NCBI GenBank assembly: GCA_038042445.1
Contig: JBBTED010000118.1
Span: forward strand, 1-12,877
DNA from: Candidatus Firestoneibacteriota bacterium
GTDB taxonomy: Bacteria > Oederibacteriota > D2-FULL-39-29 > JBBTED01
DNA length: 12,877 nucleotides
Direction: 5' to 3'
How positions within the stretch are numbered: the first letter of the stretch is position 1; each line of letters starts with the position of its first letter. Below, one piece after another: positions 8,005-12,877 of this stretch. The position numbers and the translations under genes were made by a program. Under the pieces are notes generated by a model that saw nothing but the letters and a program-made list of their open reading frames with translations, ran no database searches and had not been told where the DNA came from.

Positions 8005-8222
8005 CAAAAAAAAATTTGGTAAATTATGATACTGATGCTGATGTGTTGTATATCGTTACTAAAAAAGGTCAGGAAGAGTCAGTATTAGAGATTGCACCTG
8101 GAATAAATGTAGAACTTGGTGAAAAAGGTGAAATTATTGGCATTGAAATATTACATGCTTCTAAAGTTTTTAAACCGATTGCTAAACCATTATATCACCA
8201 AATGGAACTTGTTAAAGCATAA
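8001..8222 (+). CDS. DUF2283-family protein, putative antitoxin
   Basis: YDTDADVLYI...EIAPGINVEL...GEIIGIEILHAS matches the DUF2283 pattern. ATG 8001 overlaps the upstream TGA; GGAGG at 7985-7989. The track's GTG at 7989 is less likely. Confidence 0.85.
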   Translation: MTKKNLVNYDTDADVLYIVTKKGQEESVLEIAPGINVELGEKGEIIGIEILHASKVFKPIAKPLYHQMELVKA

Positions 8223-8364
8223 AGTAAAAACAATATTAACAGTATTTAATGAACAAGTATTTCTGAGCAGATCACTCAAAAGATTGTCAAAACAATATTA
8301 GTATTGATAAAACAAAATCCTATCATAATGTGAAAAATACTTTAATTTTTTGCACTCTAAGTTT

Positions 8365-9243
8365 ATGAAAAGAATTTCAATAAAAAGTCTCCAAAAACAA
8401 GTTGCACAAGCGTCAGCTTTTTACGGAAAGCCAGATGTTTCACCTGATGAATTTTTTAGATATTCTACATCGCCTTTTTTGGCAAAAGCTCTTTTGAATA
8501 TTAGCTGCAGTGAAAAATTATTTTTTAAAATGAGTACTGATATTTCCTCGGCAGAAAAAGAATTGCATGGTATAGAGAAAATTGATATGGAAAATACCAT
8601 TCAAATCATTGACCAGAAAATAAAAAAATTTCGTAATAAAACAATTTTTTCTAGCGTAGTAATTTTATTACTTCTCTTACTGGTATTTTTGGCTAAATTT
8701 AGTATTGGGGATGTATTTGCAATTATTTTCTTTTCTTGTTTCATATTTGTGATAAACTTCGAAGCTATATCCAAAAAAATAACTGGTTTATCTATCTCAA
8801 ATTTAAATGAATATAAAAAACTTATTAGTTATTTAAGCAATCAATTCGTTAAATACAAGTATAATATTGAATATTGGAGCAATTTATCTTGGCAAAATTT
8901 TGAACGTGAAGTTACAAAAAGATTGCAGCGATTTGGTTATAATGCCATAAATACAAAATTGAGTGGTGATGAAGGTGTGGATATTGTAATCTGGGGCCAA
9001 AATAAAAAATTCATTATTCAATGCAAAGCAAGTAAAAATAAAATTGGTCCTGCATATATAAGAGATTTTATTGGAACTATAGGCATTCAAAATGCAGCAG
9101 GTGGTATGATTGTTTCACTAAATGGTTTTTCTAGTGGCTCACTAGAAGCATCCTCAAATTATTCTAATATCTATTTATTTTCTATTCAGGATTTTATCTT
9201 GTTGGATAGAGAAAAATTAGAAAGAATAATTGGTTATTGGTAA
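8365..9243 (+). CDS. Membrane-anchored Mrr-family (PD-(D/E)xK-like) restriction endonuclease domain protein
   Basis: C-terminal WQNFEREV...GY....T..SGDEGVDI...IIQCK...IGPAYIRDFIG matches the Mrr_cat pattern. Two central hydrophobic helices (TIFSSVVILLLLLLVFLA and VFAIIFFSCFIFVINF). ATG 8365 chosen over TTG 8350. Confidence 0.85.
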   Translation: MKRISIKSLQKQVAQASAFYGKPDVSPDEFFRYSTSPFLAKALLNISCSEKLFFKMSTDISSAEKELHGIEKIDMENTIQIIDQKIKKFRNKTIFSSVVILLLLLLVFLAKFSIGDVFAIIFFSCFIFVINFEAISKKITGLSISNLNEYKKLISYLSNQFVKYKYNIEYWSNLSWQNFEREVTKRLQRFGYNAINTKLSGDEGVDIVIWGQNKKFIIQCKASKNKIGPAYIRDFIGTIGIQNAAGGMIVSLNGFSSGSLEASSNYSNIYLFSIQDFILLDREKLERIIGYW

Positions 9244-9267
9244 AGATAATGAAAGGGAATGAAAATT

Positions 9268-9296
9268 TTGACTTTTACTTTTAAAAGATGTATAAT
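9268..9296 (+). promoter_or_regulatory. Near-consensus sigma70 promoter upstream of hicB, with a palindrome in the spacer
   Basis: TTGACT (9268-9273), 17 bp, TATAAT (9291-9296). CTTTTAAAAG palindrome at 9278-9287; SD GGAGGTG at 9311-9317. Confidence 0.75.
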
Positions 9297-9325
9297 TCAA
9301 TTGTTTACTTGGAGGTGAATGGTGA

Positions 9326-9493
9326 ATGTATAGAAAAAAAATAAAACACTATAATTTTATGGTTGTGATTGAGCAAGATGAAGATGGGTATTACGTAGCT
9401 ACTGTTCCAACTTTAAAAAGCTGTTATACTCAGGCTAAAACTCTTGATGAATTGTATCCAAGGATCAAAGAAGCTATTGAACTTTGTCTTTAA
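9326..9493 (+). pseudogene. hicB: HicB-family antitoxin, 55 aa, probably C-terminally truncated; no hicA partner
   Basis: Not in the ORF track. Manual translation MYRKKIKHYNFMVVIEQDEDGYYVATVPTLKSCYTQAKTLDELYPRIKEAIELCL* carries the HicB pattern (VIE.DEDG.Y.A.VP.L..C.TQ..T..E....I.EAI.L.L). It stops where a Glu (GAA) usually follows. Confidence 0.8.
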
Positions 9494-9553
9494 GTAAAAT
9501 GTAAATATTTAGTCAATCATGTGTAAAAACTGTGTAATAGTTTATCGGCTCTA

Positions 9554-9605
9554 TGTAGGGCAAGGCTTTAGCCTTGCTAATGCATCCGCCTAGGCGGATG
9601 CATTA
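9554..9605. repeat. GTAG-type REP-like hairpin abutting a perfect 28-bp palindrome
   Basis: TGTAG-G-GCAAGGC-TTTA-GCCTTGC (9554-9577), followed directly by TAATGCATCCGCCTAGGCGGATGCATTA (9578-9605). Confidence 0.85.
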
Positions 9606-9642
9606 CAATGAATTGAAATAATACTTTGTGTGAGGTGGAAAA

Positions 9643-10557
9643 ATGAATAATGAAATTCTGGTAGTTGGGTCAGTGGCATTAGATACTATTAAAACACCGT
9701 TTGGAGATGCAAAAGCAGTTCTTGGGGGGTCTGCTGTATATTTTTCTATTGCTGCAAGTTCTTTTTCAAAAGTGAATATTGTGGGAGTAGTTGGAAATGA
9801 TTTTCCGGATAAATATATAAAGTTATTAAAAAAGAGAAAGATAGATGTGACTGGATTAGTAAAACAATCCGGTAAAACTTTTAGATGGACAGGTGAATAC
9901 AAATACGATCTCAATCAAAGAGAAACATTAGATTTGCAACTTAATGTTTTTAAAGATTTTAATCCTGAAATTCCTGATGTATATAAAAATATAAAATACA
10001 TATTTCTTGCAAATATTGATCCTGAATTGCAATTAAATGTTTTGAAGCAGGTAAAAAATCCAAAATTAGTTGCTTGTGATACAATGGATCATTGGATTAA
10101 AGATAAAAAAGATAAAGTTTGCGAAGTGTTGTCAAAAGTAGATATAATAGTCATAAATGATAGTGAAGCAAGACAATTTTCTGGTTCTGCAAATTTAGTA
10201 AAATCTGCACGTAAAATTCAGGAATGTGGGCCTAAAGTTGTAATAATTAAGAAAGGTGAACATGGAGCTTTTTGCTTTTCTAAAAATTGGCATTTTGCAG
10301 CACCTGCGTTTCCATTAGAATCAGTGTATGATCCAACAGGTGCAGGAGACAGTTTTGCTGGTGGATTTATGGGTTATTTAGCAAGTTGCGATAGATTTTC
10401 CGAAAAAGAAGTTAAACAGGCAATAATATTTGGGACTGTTACAGCATCTTATTGTGTTGAAAATTTTAGTGTGAGACGACTTCAGACTATAAATTTTCAG
10501 GATATAAAAAAGCGATACAACGAACTTAAAAAAATAACCCATTTTGAACCAATATAA
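9643..10557 (+). CDS. PfkB/ribokinase-family carbohydrate or nucleoside kinase
   Basis: VVGSVALD, GGSA, VGVVGNDF, INDSEA, KKGEHG, signature DPTGAGDSFAGG; SD GAGGTG at 9632-9637. Confidence 0.93.
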   Translation: MNNEILVVGSVALDTIKTPFGDAKAVLGGSAVYFSIAASSFSKVNIVGVVGNDFPDKYIKLLKKRKIDVTGLVKQSGKTFRWTGEYKYDLNQRETLDLQLNVFKDFNPEIPDVYKNIKYIFLANIDPELQLNVLKQVKNPKLVACDTMDHWIKDKKDKVCEVLSKVDIIVINDSEARQFSGSANLVKSARKIQECGPKVVIIKKGEHGAFCFSKNWHFAAPAFPLESVYDPTGAGDSFAGGFMGYLASCDRFSEKEVKQAIIFGTVTASYCVENFSVRRLQTINFQDIKKRYNELKKITHFEPI

Positions 10558-10560
10558 ATA

Positions 10561-11733
10561 ATGGAAAATTCTAATAAAATAAAAAGATTACCGCCTTATA
10601 CACTTGGTGAAGTTAGAAAATCAATGATACAGGAGCGGACAAAAGGCATAGATGTAATTGATCTTGGAATGGGAAATCCTGATAGACCTACTCCACAGCA
10701 TATAGTAAATAAATTGTGTGAAGTAGTTCAGGATTCAAAAACACATAGGTATTCAGTTTCTCGTGGTATTTTTAATGCTCGCAAAGCAATTGTACACAGA
10801 TATAAAGAAGATTTTGATGTTGATTTAGATCCTGAAACTGAGACTATTACAGTAATTGGAGCAAAAGAAGGGATATCACATTTAGCATTAGCTCTTCTTG
10901 ATGAAGGTGATGTAGCACTTGTTCCAAATCCTACTTATCCTATACATTTATATAGTGTTGTAATTGCAGGCGGAAATTTAGTTAGTATACCTATTGAATC
11001 TTCAAATAATTTTGTTATTGATTTAAAAAAAATAAGAGAACAAAAATTTTTCCCAAAACCAAAACTTCTTATAATAAGTTATCCTCATAATCCAACTACT
11101 GCTTGTGTGGACTTGAAATTTTTTGAAGAAGTTGTAGCTTTTGCAAAAGAACAAGATATGATGGTTATTCATGATTTTGCTTATAAAGATTTGACTTATG
11201 ATGGATACAAGGCGCCTTCTTTTTTACAGGCAAAGGGTGCGAAAGATGTAGGTGTAGAATTATTCTCACTTACAAAATCTTATAATATGGCAGGTTGGAG
11301 AATGGCTTTTGCACTTGGCAACTCAAAAATTATTGCAAATCTTGCAAAAATAAAAAGTTATATGGATTATGGAATTTTTACTCCAATTCAGGTTGCAGCA
11401 ATTACTGCGTTAAAAAGTGATCAATCTTGTGTAAAAAACATTGTTGAGACTTATAGAAAGCGAAGGGATGTTCTTGTAGAAGGGCTTAACAAATTAGGTT
11501 GGCAAATAGAAAAACCAAAAGCTACAATGTTTGTTTGGGCGCAAATTCCATCAAAATTCAAAGATATGAAGTCTCTAGATTTTTCATTAATGTTACTAAA
11601 AGAAGCAGCAGTTACAACATCTCCAGGTATAGGATTTGGTGAATATGGAGAAGGATATGTTCGATTTGCATTAGTGGAAAATGAAGAAAGAATAAAGCAG
11701 GCACTACGTAGTTTGAAAAAAATATTTTTATAA
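10561..11733 (+). CDS. alaC: Class I/II PLP aminotransferase, AlaC (YfdZ)-like glutamate-pyruvate aminotransferase (related to LL-DAP aminotransferases)
   Basis: IKRLPPY, DLGMGNPD.PTPQHIVNKLC, THRYSVSRGI, GAKEGISHL, PNPTYPIH..VIAG, YPHNPT, HDFAY, SLTKSYNMAGWR, KIKSYMDYG, SPGIGFGEYGEGYVRFAL. These closely parallel E. coli AlaC as I recall it. Confidence 0.85.
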   Translation: MENSNKIKRLPPYTLGEVRKSMIQERTKGIDVIDLGMGNPDRPTPQHIVNKLCEVVQDSKTHRYSVSRGIFNARKAIVHRYKEDFDVDLDPETETITVIGAKEGISHLALALLDEGDVALVPNPTYPIHLYSVVIAGGNLVSIPIESSNNFVIDLKKIREQKFFPKPKLLIISYPHNPTTACVDLKFFEEVVAFAKEQDMMVIHDFAYKDLTYDGYKAPSFLQAKGAKDVGVELFSLTKSYNMAGWRMAFALGNSKIIANLAKIKSYMDYGIFTPIQVAAITALKSDQSCVKNIVETYRKRRDVLVEGLNKLGWQIEKPKATMFVWAQIPSKFKDMKSLDFSLMLLKEAAVTTSPGIGFGEYGEGYVRFALVENEERIKQALRSLKKIFL

Positions 11734-11768
11734 ATGAGTTAAGAATATATGATGTTTAGCTATATTAT

Positions 11769-12091
11769 ATGTATAAAAAAATATCATAGAAACAACTAAA
11801 TCAATATCTGGTAAAATAATAAATCTTTCCTTAAAGCAATGGTTTCATATTGTAGAATCACATGATTATATGGCTGGAAATATAAGTAATATATTAGAGA
11901 CAGTTAATTGTCCTGATTGTATTGTTGATGGGTTCAAAGGTGAATTAATTGCTTTAAAATTTTACGCTAATACTAATTTAGGTGAAAAATATTGTGTGGT
12001 TGTTTATAAAGAGAATAGAGATAGTTTTATTATTACAGCTTTTTTTACATCAAAGCCAGAAACTATTAAAGAAGGCGGAGTATGGTGGAAA
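11769..12091 (+). pseudogene. RelE/PBECR-like (DUF4258-related) nuclease toxin domain with out-of-frame start and no stop codon of its own
   Basis: The frame from 11777 reads KNIIETTKSISGKIINLSLKQWFHIVESHDYM...ILETVNCPD.IVDG.KGELIA..FY..T.LGEKYCVVVYKE...FIITAFFT...WWK. ATG 11769 is one base out of frame across an A7 run (11775-11781). The first in-frame ATG (11870) lies after the W-x-H-I motif. Confidence 0.6.
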
Positions 12092-12877
12092 ATGATAGGA
12101 TCACTACCAGGAGTAACAGTGCCAGCGAGAACAACGAGAGCATTTACATATAATTATACGATAAATATATCATCAACGATAATCATGGGATTATTTGGAG
12201 AAGGGAAAATACCGGATCCGTATGTAGGGATGCTAAAAGGAGCGGATATAATAGCAGAGCGTGGAATATGGGTAGTGCCAGCAGGAGTAAGTGTAGGAAT
12301 AGGAGTAGATAAAGGGATATATAAGAGAGGGGAAAATGCACAGGTTAGTGTAAGTGTGAAGAATATGCAGAATATAAGTTACAATGCGAATGCGAGTGTG
12401 AAGGTGTATGACCCAATAAATGCGTTGGTGTTCAACCAGAGTTTCAGTTTAGTATTAGTGGCAAATGAAACAAAAGTACAAGGGATAACAATACCAATAA
12501 CAGAGGGATTGAGAGATGGGACGTATTTAATATCAGTGGAAGTGGATAAAGAAGGAGAGAAGATAGGGACGAATACAGGAGTAATTGAAGTGCAGAATAT
12601 AAGGCTGGGAATAGTAGCGAATTTGCCGAGCGGAATTAATGCGAGTGGAAATACAAATATATCATTTGCAGTAACAAATAGCGGAATAATAGATGTGGCA
12701 AATGCGCCATTGAGAATAATGTTAAAGGATATGAATAATGCAGTAGTGTGGCAGGAGACAAAGCAATTCAATATAGGAGTAGGAGCAAATACGAGTGTTC
12801 AATTTACAATACCGTCATTTAATTTAAGTTTTGGAAAATACACAATGTCGTATAACATAGAATATGGAGCAAAAACA
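12092..12877 (+). CDS. Ig-like beta-sandwich repeat region (CARDB/MG2-like) of a probable large surface protein; partial, runs off the window, in frame with the upstream toxin-like domain
   Basis: Stop-free frame continuing from 11777 to the window end. Translation includes VDKGIYKRGENAQVSVSVKN...VKVYDP...LVFNQS...DGTYLISVEV and NISFAVTNSG...VVWQET...VQFTIP...GKYTMSYNI, with alternating beta-strand patterns rich in V/I/G/N/T/S. Confidence 0.7.
   Translation, partial: MIGSLPGVTVPARTTRAFTYNYTINISSTIIMGLFGEGKIPDPYVGMLKGADIIAERGIWVVPAGVSVGIGVDKGIYKRGENAQVSVSVKNMQNISYNANASVKVYDPINALVFNQSFSLVLVANETKVQGITIPITEGLRDGTYLISVEVDKEGEKIGTNTGVIEVQNIRLGIVANLPSGINASGNTNISFAVTNSGIIDVANAPLRIMLKDMNNAVVWQETKQFNIGVGANTSVQFTIPSFNLSFGKYTMSYNIEYGAKT

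Noticed and set aside
8227..8300. 12-bp direct repeat AAAACAATATTA (8227-8238 and 8289-8300)
   Set aside because: Very AT-rich, only two copies and bracketing nothing recognisable; it cannot be distinguished from chance or called a CRISPR or target-site duplication.
8116..8301. 61-aa + strand ORF overlapping the DUF2283 gene
   Set aside because: Out-of-frame overlap with a recognisable gene; no motif or SD.
1342..9605. Intergenic hairpins as Rho-independent terminators or a CRISPR array
   Set aside because: They lack clear + strand U-tracts, mostly sit inside an apparently continuous operon, and show no regular repeat-spacer periodicity or cas genes.
161..9914. Minus-strand ORFs in the track (161-412, 558-815, 1942-2388, 3078-3452, 4875-5081, 6160-6381, 6711-7106, 8884-9090, 9603-9914)
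   Set aside because: All lie antisense to well-supported + strand genes and have no recognisable motifs; they are shadow ORFs.
12379..12771. 130-aa minus-strand ORF
   Set aside because: It is the antisense shadow of the + strand Ig-repeat frame. The track missed the real frame because it has no stop within the window.

Overview
AT-rich bacterial window with every credible gene on the + strand. From 163 to 7701 is a tightly packed housekeeping run: a class V aminotransferase (probable non-canonical phosphoserine aminotransferase), an uncharacterised ~176-aa protein, serA, and a four-gene block (homocitrate/Re-citrate-synthase-like enzyme, LeuC/HacA-type and LeuD/HacB-type hydratase subunits, NADP-type isocitrate dehydrogenase). 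That block looks like a route from acetyl-CoA and oxaloacetate to 2-oxoglutarate built from leucine/lysine-pathway paralogues. An accessory islet follows (7714-9605): a DUF4258-like/DUF2283 toxin-antitoxin pair, a two-TM Mrr-type endonuclease and a truncated solo hicB. Next come a PfkB kinase and an AlaC-like aminotransferase. The window ends in an ORF missed by the ORF track, where a RelE/PBECR-like toxin domain with a frameshifted start reads in frame into Ig-like surface-protein repeats with sharply different codon usage and many N-x-S/T sequons. Intergenic spaces hold several small non-coding elements: TGTCA-type and GTAG-type REP-like palindromes (one nested in another), a perfect 28-bp palindrome and degenerate 7-bp periodic tracts. 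Family assignments come from motif recognition by eye, not database searches.
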